51,864 bases of DNA from Candidatus Omnitrophota bacterium. Its GTDB lineage: Bacteria > Omnitrophota > Gorgyraeia > Zapsychrales > JANLHA01. The stretch lies in NCBI GenBank assembly GCA_023139575.1, contig JAGLNJ010000068.1, positions 1-51,864 on the forward strand, written 5' to 3'. This document shows, piece by piece, positions 1 to 9,882 of the stretch (its first letter is position 1; the number at the start of each line of letters is the position of its first letter). The notes below the pieces were generated by a model that saw only the letters and a program-made list of their open reading frames with translations, was not told where the DNA came from and did no database searches. The translations under genes and the position numbers were made by a program.

Positions 1-162
1 TTTACTCTTTATAGGATGTCTTTCACTTTCGGTCTTGGAACAGCTCTTTGACCGATCATTCTCGTGAAAGGAGCTTTTTTTGTCAAATACCTCGGCATAG
101 CCTTTGCGATTCACACCAGCATAGCTGGTGGTTTAGCTTGGTAATTAATCGACATTAATCCG

Positions 163-723
163 TTAAAAATGCCTGTCAAGTTCTTTGAAATCATCTTCGG
201 CCAGTTTGTCGAGATGTTTATTTATTTGTTTCGCAAGATAATCGCAGCATCCGTTCTCGATACGCTTACGTAATTGTCGGATCGCGTTTATAGTGTCCTC
301 GGTTAGCCTATCTACATTCAAGTATGGAGTACCATCAATTAGATGGATCAAAGGCATATCTTGTGTTAATTTGGCTACGCCCGATGCCTTGGCGAAGAAT
401 TGGTGCATCACGCCATGACGAAATAGTTCTACATTTTTTTTCGCTTCTTTTTCGTAATGGGCTGGAAACAGTCCAAGTTTTGCCGAGAAAATAACTTTGT
501 AGTTCTTTAATGTAGCTTTTTTAGATACATTTGGGTCTTCGTTGACCAAATAGCCAAACAAGTCCAGGATTGCGAAAATGAGCATTGCTTGAGGGATGGA
601 GCATCCACGAAGCCCGGTTTTTTTATCTGGACGGATTGCGGAAAGCCGGTCCAGATCTCCGATGACATAGTCCTTGATCTCATTATTGAAGAATTGTAAT
701 ACTCTTTTTACCTCACGGTTCAT
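163..723 (-). CDS. hypothetical protein, apparently helical, with a HEPN-like R-x4-H motif (unverified)
   Basis: 186-aa ORF. ATG at 723 has AGGAG 5 nt upstream. No family recognised by eye. RHGVMH at aa 102-107 fits the HEPN R-x4-H signature at motif level only. Confidence 0.5.
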   Translation of the reverse strand: MNREVKRVLQFFNNEIKDYVIGDLDRLSAIRPDKKTGLRGCSIPQAMLIFAILDLFGYLVNEDPNVSKKATLKNYKVIFSAKLGLFPAHYEKEAKKNVELFRHGVMHQFFAKASGVAKLTQDMPLIHLIDGTPYLNVDRLTEDTINAIRQLRKRIENGCCDYLAKQINKHLDKLAEDDFKELDRHF

Positions 724-748
724 AGAGACTCCTGCCGAACAGGAAAAT

Positions 749-792
749 CACCCGCTTTTTCCCAAAGCGAAGCGACGGGAAAAAGTCGGGTG
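749..792 (-). terminator. bulged ~15-bp hairpin between ORF 803-1339 and ORF 163-723; possible intrinsic terminator or processing structure
   Basis: On the minus strand: CACCCGACTTTTTCCC, 13-nt loop, GGGAAAAAGCGGGTG, then ATTTTCC. This gives 6 bp, a 1-nt bulge and 9 bp. The U-tract is short (4 U). Confidence 0.35.
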
Positions 793-802
793 CATTGCTT
801 CG

Positions 803-1339
803 TTATGGCTTTTTGTAGTATTCGATTAAAAACCATAGGATCATACCAATTGCTATTAATGTAGATACAATACCAATTATAATTTTTCCACTTATCAAGA
901 AAGAAATAATTATTGATGTGAGACTTACAACTAAAGAGACTATTCCCAAAAAAGCACTTACTCTAATGCTATCTTCGGGGTGATGCAAGAATGCATATAA
1001 AAAATATTTAAATGGATTTATCCCCTTTATGATGAACACATATTCATTTTTACCTATTTTCTTATCATCAATTTGTAATTGTTGCTGATAATAAGCATCA
1101 AGATATACCGATTTTTCCACGATAGATTGATCATCTTCCCTATATTTTCTGTCTCCGGGGCCATAAATGCGACAGTAAATTTTTTTCTTGGTTTCAACAC
1201 AATATAGTTGTATATAATTCAAATGCCTTAATCCCCGTGAACTTGTCACCTTTTTGTGTAGAATAACAAATCCTCGCAGGACATCTTTTCCTTCACACCA
1301 TCTTGGAGTTAATTTAATTTCTTCATTTTGTTTATTCAT
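803..1339 (-). CDS. hypothetical membrane-anchored protein (soluble N-domain plus two C-terminal TM helices)
   Basis: The ORF track starts at a TTG (1369). The in-frame ATG at 1339 has GAGGA about 6 nt upstream, so 178 aa is preferred. A Lys/Tyr-rich soluble region of ~120 aa is followed by hydrophobic segments AFLGIVSLVVSLTSIIISFLI and IIIGIVSTLIAIGMILWFLI. Conspicuously AT-rich: about 25-28% G+C in the two 60-nt lines hand-counted (841-960). Confidence 0.55.
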   Translation of the reverse strand: MNKQNEEIKLTPRWCEGKDVLRGFVILHKKVTSSRGLRHLNYIQLYCVETKKKIYCRIYGPGDRKYREDDQSIVEKSVYLDAYYQQQLQIDDKKIGKNEYVFIIKGINPFKYFLYAFLHHPEDSIRVSAFLGIVSLVVSLTSIIISFLISGKIIIGIVSTLIAIGMILWFLIEYYKKP

Positions 1340-1549
1340 AAATTTCCTCGATATTTTTGGCCATAACAATTAATATACGACAGTCCTCTTTGCCGGCACT
1401 TTAGTTATCATTATATCAAAAGATGAGTATTTTTGGCGTTTTCCGGCTGTTTTTTACGCTGTTTCGCGAAAAAATGTCGTGATTCATGGGTAATATCCGG
1501 TTATCCGGACAGTCGTAAAATATGGCATTTTGTACATAATCCACCCTTT

Positions 1550-1942
1550 TCAGCCGAGATTGTTAATGATCACATCAATGATAATAGCCAGAACCGATAG
1601 CACAAAGATGATCAAATAATTGGCCCCTTCTTTTGATTTGACCAAAGAAGACAAGACATAAGACATGACCTCCTTATCTTCACGGGTTAAATCATTATCC
1701 TGCCGGAGTTTTAAGAGCAGCCCCTGCTCCTTGATCACTCTTTTCCGTTTGTGAGAAATATAGAAACGATAAGCAAAGAAATAAATATATCCGATAACGG
1801 CAAAATACCATACCGGGCGCACCCAATCCGGGTTAACCTTCCCCAAAATCGTCAAGGAGCGGAAACACAGCGCGCACAACACCCCGACGACAAAACTGCA
1901 TAATATTATTGATTTGGGAAATGTTCGGAGGGCATTTTTCAT
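1550..1942 (-). CDS. hypothetical small membrane protein (about 3 TM segments)
   Basis: 130-aa ORF with ATG at 1942 and no clear SD. Hydrophobic segments: IILCSFVVGVLCALCF, VWYFAVIGYIYFFAY and YLIIFVLSVLAIIIDVII. No family recognised. Confidence 0.45.
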   Translation of the reverse strand: MKNALRTFPKSIILCSFVVGVLCALCFRSLTILGKVNPDWVRPVWYFAVIGYIYFFAYRFYISHKRKRVIKEQGLLLKLRQDNDLTREDKEVMSYVLSSLVKSKEGANYLIIFVLSVLAIIIDVIINNLG

Positions 1943-2096
1943 ATGTTAAATAAATTTCAAAAAGTTACGCATATATTGTAACGTCTTTCGTTTTCCACAT
2001 TTCCTTGAGGGTTTCCCATACATCATGAGTTTATTGTCTATAGTGACCATATATATGTCATCGAGCCCGCCTCCTGCTATTAATTAAGTTACTACC

Positions 2097-2510
2097 TTAT
2101 TCATCCCACGCGATGGCTTCAGCTTCCTTGGAGTCAAAGTCGCTGCCGGCCGCGTTCTGGCCGGAACTTTTAGCCGTCTGATCATTACTTTTTTTCGGCA
2201 TAAAGTGAATATTATTCGCGGCGATGCGCACCCGGCTTTGCGTCTTGCCCTCTTTTTCCCAGCGATCCTGGCGTAAACGCCCCTCAGCTATAATACCGTT
2301 TCCTTTTGATAAATACTTTGAACAATTCTCAGCAATCACACCCCAGACTTCAACATCAAAATATGACACTTCGGAAACCTTCTCCCCGTTTTTGGTATAA
2401 ACGCGGTTGTTTGCTATTGACAGGTTGCAGACCGCTTTACCATTGGGTGTATACCTCAACTCCGGATCTCTTGTTAAATTACCCATAATATTAACACTGT
2501 TTAAACTCAT
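2097..2510 (-). CDS. ssb: single-stranded DNA-binding protein
   Basis: OB-fold SSB N-terminus (NSVNIMGNLTRDPELRYTPNGKAVCNLSIA, DVEVWG..AE, GRLRQDRWE). Polar disordered linker. GGAG RBS before ATG 2510. The C-terminal tip ..EAEAIAWDE is not the canonical D-D-D-[IL]-P-F. Confidence 0.9.
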   Translation of the reverse strand: MSLNSVNIMGNLTRDPELRYTPNGKAVCNLSIANNRVYTKNGEKVSEVSYFDVEVWGVIAENCSKYLSKGNGIIAEGRLRQDRWEKEGKTQSRVRIAANNIHFMPKKSNDQTAKSSGQNAAGSDFDSKEAEAIAWDE

Positions 2511-2521
2511 TGCTCTCTCCT

Positions 2522-2827
2522 TTATTTGTGTCCATATTTTTTATAATCAATACCCAGTTCATCCATCGTGGCCATCATCGGCGGCAAGAACCCGCCGGGT
2601 GTTTCAATAAAAAAAGCATCGACCATATCTTTTTTCTCAATCACATGTCTTCCGGCCCCGGCCACAAGGCTCTGTGCTTTTTTGGTTACCCGAACCTCGG
2701 CAATACCGCGAATCATATGAGGAATCTCCCGCAGAATCTTTTCAAAATTCTCAAATGTCCCATCTTCCCAGGTAATCCGCGTCGTCTCCGACGCTTCAGC
2801 TGACAACCCCTTTTCATTATTATCCAT
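2522..2827 (-). CDS. small protein resembling the PCP_red (protochlorophyllide reductase subunit B C-terminal-like) domain
   Basis: The track ORF starts at GTG 2833. ATG 2827 has GAGG 5 nt upstream. ITWEDGTFENFEKILREIPHMIRGIAEVRVTKKAQSLVAGAGRHVIEKKDMVDAF follows the W..EA...L..IP.FVR...........G...I pattern of PF08369, recalled from memory. Confidence 0.4.
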   Translation of the reverse strand: MDNNEKGLSAEASETTRITWEDGTFENFEKILREIPHMIRGIAEVRVTKKAQSLVAGAGRHVIEKKDMVDAFFIETPGGFLPPMMATMDELGIDYKKYGHK

Positions 2828-2886
2828 GTTCACCTCGCTTTCTATTTAATCAATGTTGCTTCGCTCCATTTTTTTTACTTCTTTTC

Positions 2887-4416
2887 TCATTTGGTGCTTG
2901 TACCCGCGCTCAAATCATACAAATAAAGCCCGGCACTGAAAGTTTCTTTTAAATAAGCCGGCGGAGAATAGGCCGGGATATGCACGGTATAGGCATCCAA
3001 TTGCCTGCCCAGGCGATTTAAAATATCCAGGAAATATTCCCCTTCATTAATGCCGTCCCGCTCATAAAAGACATCTGAAAAAACAACCCACACCCTTTCA
3101 CCTCCCCTCAACTGTTCTAAATCTTTTTTGTATTGCCCGGGATCTTCCCGGGAATCAATCCCGATAATATAATCCCCCTCCATCAAACCCATATGCTCAG
3201 CGTAGTATCGAAAAGCTGCTTGCGTGGAATAATAAAGATAAACCTTATCCCCGGGCTGGCGATGATCAGAAAGATATCGCATGACAGGCTTGATCTCTGA
3301 TTTGCCATAAGGTTCCCGCCATTGGCGCAGAGTATGTAAAACGGGATAATAAAGGAAAAAAATAATTAACAAAACCCGTATATATTTAGCAGCCTTAATT
3401 CCCTCGATAAACTTGTAAACTCCATGAACAATGACAAGCATAAAAATTGGCACAAGGAACAATATGACCCGTCCCTGAAAGGGATATATCTTCAGTCCGG
3501 AAGCAAACAGTACCAACAAAATGGGCGCCCCCAGCAGAAAGAAATTCTTCCTTTGTTCCTTGTATAATGCCACAGAACCCATAATCATCGTTAAGGCGGA
3601 CAAACTGACAGGAAACTTAAGATTTATCTTAAAAAAGAGGGCGAAAGATCCCATGAACCATCGCATAAACTCAAAAGAAAATATATTAAGAGGCATATAC
3701 GCGACGCGCCAATAATGAACCAAACCATCTGCCCGGGTAAAATATCGAATATACAAAAAATAAAAAAGACAAAAATGCGCGGCCCATAAAAGGCCGATCG
3801 CGACAATCTTACGCGACCTGATCATGTCACGTTGACGCAAGCTTAATACTAACGTTGACAGCCCCATTCCGGCGGCAACAAAAACAACAGGATAAGAAAC
3901 CCAAAACGCCAAACCGCCGACAACCCCGAATAAAATTATTTTTTGCCGGGATAATTCTTTGTGAATAATGTTATAGAAAACATGCAGGAATATTACAGTG
4001 AATAAAATATCACTGGAATAAGGTTTAAGTTCACTTGAATAGTAAATCAGATTGGGTGAAAGAGCGAAAAAACTCAATGCCAATAAGGCAGGGGCGGGGC
4101 CAAACAGTTCATGAGCCACCCGATAAAATAAAAATAAAGCCAAAATCCCGCACACAAAAGGAAACAGCCTCAAACTAAGCTCATTATTCCCTCCCAGCAT
4201 AGAAAACCATTTAGTAATGATCAAAAACCCCGCCGGGTACGGCTGCTTTTTCGTTATCGTTTTGCCATTGATCAATTGCTCACACGTATTCCCCTCTATC
4301 TTTAAAGCCGTTTTTGCTTCATCAAACCATAAAGATTTTTCTGAGAAAAATTCAGCGCAACGGAAAAACACGCCTGCTAAAATAATGATAATCAGTAGAA
4401 CCTTATGAATTTTCAT
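2887..4416 (-). CDS. GT-C fold membrane glycosyltransferase, family 39 (ArnT/PMT_2-like)
   Basis: Many TM segments. LWFDEAKTAL in the first extracytoplasmic loop is the Asp/Glu motif typical of ArnT/PMT_2 enzymes. C-terminal soluble domain of ~150 aa. Start moved to ATG 4416, which forms an ATGA overlap with the trmD stop; the track start 4473 would overlap trmD by 61 nt. Confidence 0.75.
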   Translation of the reverse strand: MKIHKVLLIIIILAGVFFRCAEFFSEKSLWFDEAKTALKIEGNTCEQLINGKTITKKQPYPAGFLIITKWFSMLGGNNELSLRLFPFVCGILALFLFYRVAHELFGPAPALLALSFFALSPNLIYYSSELKPYSSDILFTVIFLHVFYNIIHKELSRQKIILFGVVGGLAFWVSYPVVFVAAGMGLSTLVLSLRQRDMIRSRKIVAIGLLWAAHFCLFYFLYIRYFTRADGLVHYWRVAYMPLNIFSFEFMRWFMGSFALFFKINLKFPVSLSALTMIMGSVALYKEQRKNFFLLGAPILLVLFASGLKIYPFQGRVILFLVPIFMLVIVHGVYKFIEGIKAAKYIRVLLIIFFLYYPVLHTLRQWREPYGKSEIKPVMRYLSDHRQPGDKVYLYYSTQAAFRYYAEHMGLMEGDYIIGIDSREDPGQYKKDLEQLRGGERVWVVFSDVFYERDGINEGEYFLDILNRLGRQLDAYTVHIPAYSPPAYLKETFSAGLYLYDLSAGTSTK

Positions 4417-5084
4417 GGCATCAAATCCGGACGGACCTTTTTTGTTCTTTTGACAGCTTGTTCTGTTCGCCATTTGTCAATGGCTCCGTGATTGCCGGAC
4501 AATAAGATCTTTGGCACCTTATACCCCTTATAATCAGCCGGCCTGGTATAGTGAGGATATTCAATCAAATTTTCTTCAAAAGATTCGACACGCAATGATT
4601 CCTCTTTGCCCAACACGCCGGGAATCAAACGCACAATGCTGTCAACCAGGACCATAGCCGGAATTTCCCCTCCAGTCAGAATATAATCACCAATGGATAT
4701 ACTTTCATCCACTAATTCATTCCGCACGCGTTCATCCACGCCTTCATAATGGCCGCAAATAATAATCAAATTTTTTACGGCTGCCAGCTGTCCGGCTTTT
4801 TTCTGTTTATAAGGCTTGCCTCCGGCGCAGGTCAGAACAACTTTGGCCTGACGCCTCCCCTTAATCTTTTTCACCGCGTCAAAGATCGGCTGCGCCATCA
4901 AAACCATACCGGGACCGCCGCCAAAGGGGCGGTCATCAACTTTTTTATGTTTATCTTTGGTGTAGTCACGCAGATCATGCACGCGAACAATGACTTTTTG
5001 CTTCGCTTTAGCCCGTTTGATAATGGACTCATTCATAATGGAATGAAAAACGTCGGGAAAAATTGTAATGACATCGATTGTCAT
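4413..5084 (-). CDS. trmD: tRNA (guanine37-N1)-methyltransferase
   Basis: MTIDVITIFPDVF, DLRDYTKDKHKKVDDRPFGGGPGMVL and SIGDYILTGGE motifs of the TrmD SPOUT methyltransferase. Confidence 0.95.
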   Translation of the reverse strand: MTIDVITIFPDVFHSIMNESIIKRAKAKQKVIVRVHDLRDYTKDKHKKVDDRPFGGGPGMVLMAQPIFDAVKKIKGRRQAKVVLTCAGGKPYKQKKAGQLAAVKNLIIICGHYEGVDERVRNELVDESISIGDYILTGGEIPAMVLVDSIVRLIPGVLGKEESLRVESFEENLIEYPHYTRPADYKGYKVPKILLSGNHGAIDKWRTEQAVKRTKKVRPDLMP

Positions 5085-5109
5085 AATGATTTCTTTTTTT
5101 GTTATTGTA

Positions 5110-6252
<1,143 letters not shown>

Positions 6253-6255
6253 TTA

Positions 6256-7266
6256 TTATCTAATGATCATGGCATCGCCATAACTGTAAAAACGGTATTT
6301 ATGCTTAATCGCTTCCCGATAGGCCTTTTGCATAAGCTTAATCCCACCGAGGGTGTAAACAAGCATTAAAAGCGTGCTGCAGGGAAGATGAAAATTTGTT
6401 ATTAGCGCGTCAACCGCCTTAAAATCATATCCCGGATAAATATAAAGGTTCGTCCGCCCCTTCAACCTTTTCTCCTTAACAACCGTTTCCAAAACCCGGC
6501 AGCTGGTTGTTCCGACAGCTACAATCGGGCGTTTTTCTTTTTTAGCCAGACTTATCTTATCGTATACGTTTTGCGATAAGGTATATTCCTCAAAATGCAT
6601 CGGATGCGCTGTGATATCATCGCACTCGACGGGTTTAAAAGTGGCATAATTGATATGTAATGTCACCTGCGCTGTCGCGTGCCCACAATGTCGCAAATCA
6701 CCGAGCAACTCCTTAGTGAAATGCAATCCCGCAGTGGGAGCCGCAACAGATCCGGCATGTCGCGCGAAAACAGTTTGATAATATTGACGATCTTTTTTAT
6801 TATCCGGACGCTTGATATACGGCGGTAAAGGTATATGCCCGACCTGCTCTAAATAGCTCAATATATTCTTTTTATTGAATCGGACAATTTTCTTTTCTTT
6901 GCTTATAATATGAGCAACCAGGCGACTCCCTTTAAAGGTGATCTTATCTCCGTCTTTAATTTTTTTCTGCGGACGCATAAGGATTTCATAACAAAAACCG
7001 TCAGACAACTTCTTCAAAAGAAACAATTCCACCTTCCCGCCGCTCCTTGTTTTATTCCCGAATAAGCGAGCCGGAACAACTTTGCTATTGTTCATGACGA
7101 TTAGACTTTGTGGGGGCAAGTATTTTCCAATATTAGCGAAACTATCATGCGTGATAGTTCGGCCGGCTTTATTCACGACCATCAGCCGCGCGGAATCTCT
7201 TTGGGCTAACGGCGTCTGAGCAACAAGTTCTTCAGGCAATTTATAATCGAAATCTTTTAATCGCAT
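6256..7266 (-). CDS. queA: S-adenosylmethionine:tRNA ribosyltransferase-isomerase
   Basis: MRLKDFDYKLPEELVAQTPL N-terminus and GSVAAPTAGLHFT motif. Full-length QueA (336 aa). Confidence 0.95.
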   Translation of the reverse strand: MRLKDFDYKLPEELVAQTPLAQRDSARLMVVNKAGRTITHDSFANIGKYLPPQSLIVMNNSKVVPARLFGNKTRSGGKVELFLLKKLSDGFCYEILMRPQKKIKDGDKITFKGSRLVAHIISKEKKIVRFNKKNILSYLEQVGHIPLPPYIKRPDNKKDRQYYQTVFARHAGSVAAPTAGLHFTKELLGDLRHCGHATAQVTLHINYATFKPVECDDITAHPMHFEEYTLSQNVYDKISLAKKEKRPIVAVGTTSCRVLETVVKEKRLKGRTNLYIYPGYDFKAVDALITNFHLPCSTLLMLVYTLGGIKLMQKAYREAIKHKYRFYSYGDAMIIR

Positions 7267-7319
7267 ACTTTAAATGATGTCTGCCTTTACTCTCTTTAAA
7301 TCGCCGAAAACAAAAACAG

Positions 7320-8519
7320 CTAAAATATCTTAACACTCATAAAATCAGTAATGTGAATACCCGGATAATAAAATTCTAATATATCTTTATATTCAAACCT
7401 TTGACGCGCCATTCCCTGCGCTCCCCATTGACACATACCGACCCCATGCCCCCATCCCTTTCCGATGAAATCACAATAATAACCCTTCATCACGACATAA
7501 TAATTATTGCTTTTAATAACATTAGGTCCGATGATTTGGCGAAAATCTTTACCGGAGACCGTGGCTTTCTTACCGTCTCTGGTCACCAGCTCTAATGTCT
7601 TGATCCTCTCTGACGGGTTGCGGTCGATAACACGAATCTCTTTAATCAATCCCAAATTATAACCATTCGCATTAAGTTTTTCTTGTATATCTTTTAAACG
7701 AATATTTTTTTTCCAATTATAATGCGGTGACTCCATACAGAACCGGCACGTCACACCTCGTAAAGGCAGCATAGATTCATGATTCCATAATTCTGCGGCA
7801 TTTTCGGAATGACCACCACAGGTTGCATGATAATAAGCTGGTAGAATTTCCCCATTAAAGAGCATGACCTCACCTTCTGTCCGTGCAACGGCAATATTAG
7901 TCCGGTATTTCTCGGATATCCGTCCACCGTAAACTTGCGAATAAATATCATTCGTGACATCATAAGGACTTTTACTGTGTGTCTTCATGCGATAAAGGGC
8001 ATATGTCCGGGCTGCAACTGCCTGCACTTTTAGAGCCTCCATCGGCCAGCGATGGGAAACTTCGTGGTAGAGAACACCGCGAATATAATCTTCAACATTC
8101 ACAATATTGATAGCCAGGAGTTTATCATCTTTAGTCCGGACGATATCAATAAACCCGCGATAACGCCGTTCTTTATCTTGAACCATGAGCGATACATCGC
8201 GCTTTGGAATAAAGCGTAACCGATCCTGAACAAACTCAAAACTCCCCACCTGTATCCCGTGCGTAGACGGGACAATTTTTGTGCGTTTCATCCGTCGCCG
8301 GGACTCAATCACTTCTCCATCTCGCGGATCAACAATGTCATAATGACCTCGTATCCGCAGCGTCACACTTTGAGCGTCTTTAATAACAGCAATGCGTATC
8401 ATATCCTTTCCGCGGTTGAAATCTTTAACGTCCTCAGCCTGCCCCGAAGCTGACAGGCTTAACGCCAGTAAAAGCAACACGATCATCTTCAAGATTCTTT
8501 TTTTCATAACCGATGTCAT
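7320..8519 (-). CDS. SpoIID/LytB domain protein (secreted)
   Basis: Signal peptide MKKRILKMIVLLLLALSLSASG. SpoIID-family motifs YIRGVLYHEV, ALKVQAVAARTYAL, ATCGGHSENAAELW and GHGVGMCQWGA. ATG 8519 overlaps the upstream stop as ATGA. ATG 8507 is an alternative start. Confidence 0.85.
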   Translation of the reverse strand: MTSVMKKRILKMIVLLLLALSLSASGQAEDVKDFNRGKDMIRIAVIKDAQSVTLRIRGHYDIVDPRDGEVIESRRRMKRTKIVPSTHGIQVGSFEFVQDRLRFIPKRDVSLMVQDKERRYRGFIDIVRTKDDKLLAINIVNVEDYIRGVLYHEVSHRWPMEALKVQAVAARTYALYRMKTHSKSPYDVTNDIYSQVYGGRISEKYRTNIAVARTEGEVMLFNGEILPAYYHATCGGHSENAAELWNHESMLPLRGVTCRFCMESPHYNWKKNIRLKDIQEKLNANGYNLGLIKEIRVIDRNPSERIKTLELVTRDGKKATVSGKDFRQIIGPNVIKSNNYYVVMKGYYCDFIGKGWGHGVGMCQWGAQGMARQRFEYKDILEFYYPGIHITDFMSVKIF

Positions 8520-8731
8520 TCTTTATTAGTGAAATACATAACCAAACTCAGAATTATGCTGATAATAATACAAGACATAATGGGAAAATAAAGAGTAAAA
8601 TCTTCGCGTTTAATAACGATATCACCAGGCATCTTTCCTGAGCCCGGGATTCGGTTTATCAAAAAAAATAAGCCACCCAGCCCCGTAAAGAATAGCCCCA
8701 AAGCAAAAAATATGCGTGACAATTCATTCAT
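8516..8731 (-). CDS. DUF2905 family small membrane protein
   Basis: 71 aa with two TM segments flanking GKMPGDIVIKREDFTLYFPI, the pattern I associate with DUF2905. Confidence 0.65.
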   Translation of the reverse strand: MNELSRIFFALGLFFTGLGGLFFLINRIPGSGKMPGDIVIKREDFTLYFPIMSCIIISIILSLVMYFTNKE

Positions 8732-8833
8732 AATAATTTCAAAGTAATGTTTTGGTCAAATAAATTACGCGCGGGGGATGGCGTAACAGCACTAGATATC
8801 CCCGGCTTCACAGCTGGGGAATTCCCGCTGAAA

Positions 8834-9868
8834 TTAAAAAAAATCCTTTTGGAGCCGTCCCTTTGGTGAAGAGGTATCGCCAATATGGTCGGCCGCCAGT
8901 TCAGTAAGCTCACGTCCTCGGGAGGTACGGCGCAATAGGCCCATTTTTAAAAGATAGGGTTCTATCACATCAACAATCGTATCGACTTCTTCGTTGAGGG
9001 TTGCCGCCAGAGCATCAACCCCAACCGGTCCCCCCTTATAATGGCGGCTAAGCACGGCTAATAATCTTCGGTCAATATCATCCAAGCCTATACCGTCAAT
9101 ACCCAATGTATGCATGGCATCAATAACAACTGTTTGATCAATCTTTCCATGATCCGTTTTGACTTGCGTAAAATCACGCACACGTCGCAACAAACGGTTA
9201 GCAATACGCGGTGTTCCTCTGGCACGCTTGGCAATGGCCAGAGCGGCATCTTGATTAATCGTAACATTTAGTTTAGAGGCAGAATTGATAATGATCTGCG
9301 CTAAATCTTGCGGCTTATAAAATTCCAGATGATGAAAAATACCAAAACGATCGCGAAGAGGAGACGCCAGAAGACCGCTGCGTGTCGTGGCACCAATAAT
9401 CGTAAAGGGTTTGAGGTTAAAATTTATCGTCCGGGCATAAGGCCCTTTATCGACAATAAAATCGATCTTAAAACTTTCCATCGCGGGGTACAGGAATTCT
9501 TCAACCACTTTCGGCAAACGATGAATCTCATCAAGAAACAGGACATCCCCTTCTTCCAAGTTCGTCAGGATGCCGATCAAATCTCCCGCCCGGTCAATGG
9601 ATGGACCGGAGGTAATGGTAATCCGTGCGTCCATTTCATTAGCAATAATATAGGCTAAGGATGTTTTCCCCAAACCCGGCGGCCCTGAAAAAAGTATATG
9701 TTCCAACGGTTCTTGACGCTGCTTGGCCGCCTGTATGGAAACACGCAAACTGTCAACTAAATCCGCCTGACCGATAAAATCGTCCAGTCGATTCGGCCTC
9801 AAGGATAGACTGACAACCTTATCTTCTTCAGTTTCCTGATTAAAAATAATTTTTCTGCGTTCTTCCAT
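8834..9868 (-). CDS. ruvB: Holliday junction branch migration ATPase RuvB
   Basis: LRPNRLDDFIGQ, Walker A GPPGLGKTS, Walker B LFLDEIHRL, GATTRSGLLASPLRDRFG. Confidence 0.95.
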   Translation of the reverse strand: MEERRKIIFNQETEEDKVVSLSLRPNRLDDFIGQADLVDSLRVSIQAAKQRQEPLEHILFSGPPGLGKTSLAYIIANEMDARITITSGPSIDRAGDLIGILTNLEEGDVLFLDEIHRLPKVVEEFLYPAMESFKIDFIVDKGPYARTINFNLKPFTIIGATTRSGLLASPLRDRFGIFHHLEFYKPQDLAQIIINSASKLNVTINQDAALAIAKRARGTPRIANRLLRRVRDFTQVKTDHGKIDQTVVIDAMHTLGIDGIGLDDIDRRLLAVLSRHYKGGPVGVDALAATLNEEVDTIVDVIEPYLLKMGLLRRTSRGRELTELAADHIGDTSSPKGRLQKDFF

Positions 9869-9882
9869 AAAATGCCAGTTTT

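Noticed and set aside
113-129. 7-bp hairpin CACCAGC-ATA-GCTGGTG downstream of ORF 163-723, and a GGAGC-TTTTTTT stretch at ~70-87, as terminators.
   Set aside because: The hairpin is not followed by a U-tract on the minus strand. The T-run element has only a 3-4 bp stem. The window edge prevents seeing which gene they would serve.
1423-1482. 19-codon plus-strand mini-ORF MSIFGVFRLFFTLFREKMS in the 1370-1549 spacer, reminiscent of a type I toxin peptide.
   Set aside because: It is too short to judge, has no convincing SD (only AAAAG upstream) and no visible antisense RNA structure. It could easily be chance in AT/T-rich DNA.
7267-7319. preQ1 riboswitch upstream of queA.
   Set aside because: The spacer is only 53 nt. 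It contains a direct ATTTAAAG repeat but nothing resembling the preQ1-I/II stem plus A-rich tail consensus as I remember it.
8728-8913. 61-aa ORF spanning the ruvB 3' end and the ruvB-DUF2905 spacer.
   Set aside because: It overlaps the conserved RuvB C-terminus in another frame, has no SD and shows no recognisable features.
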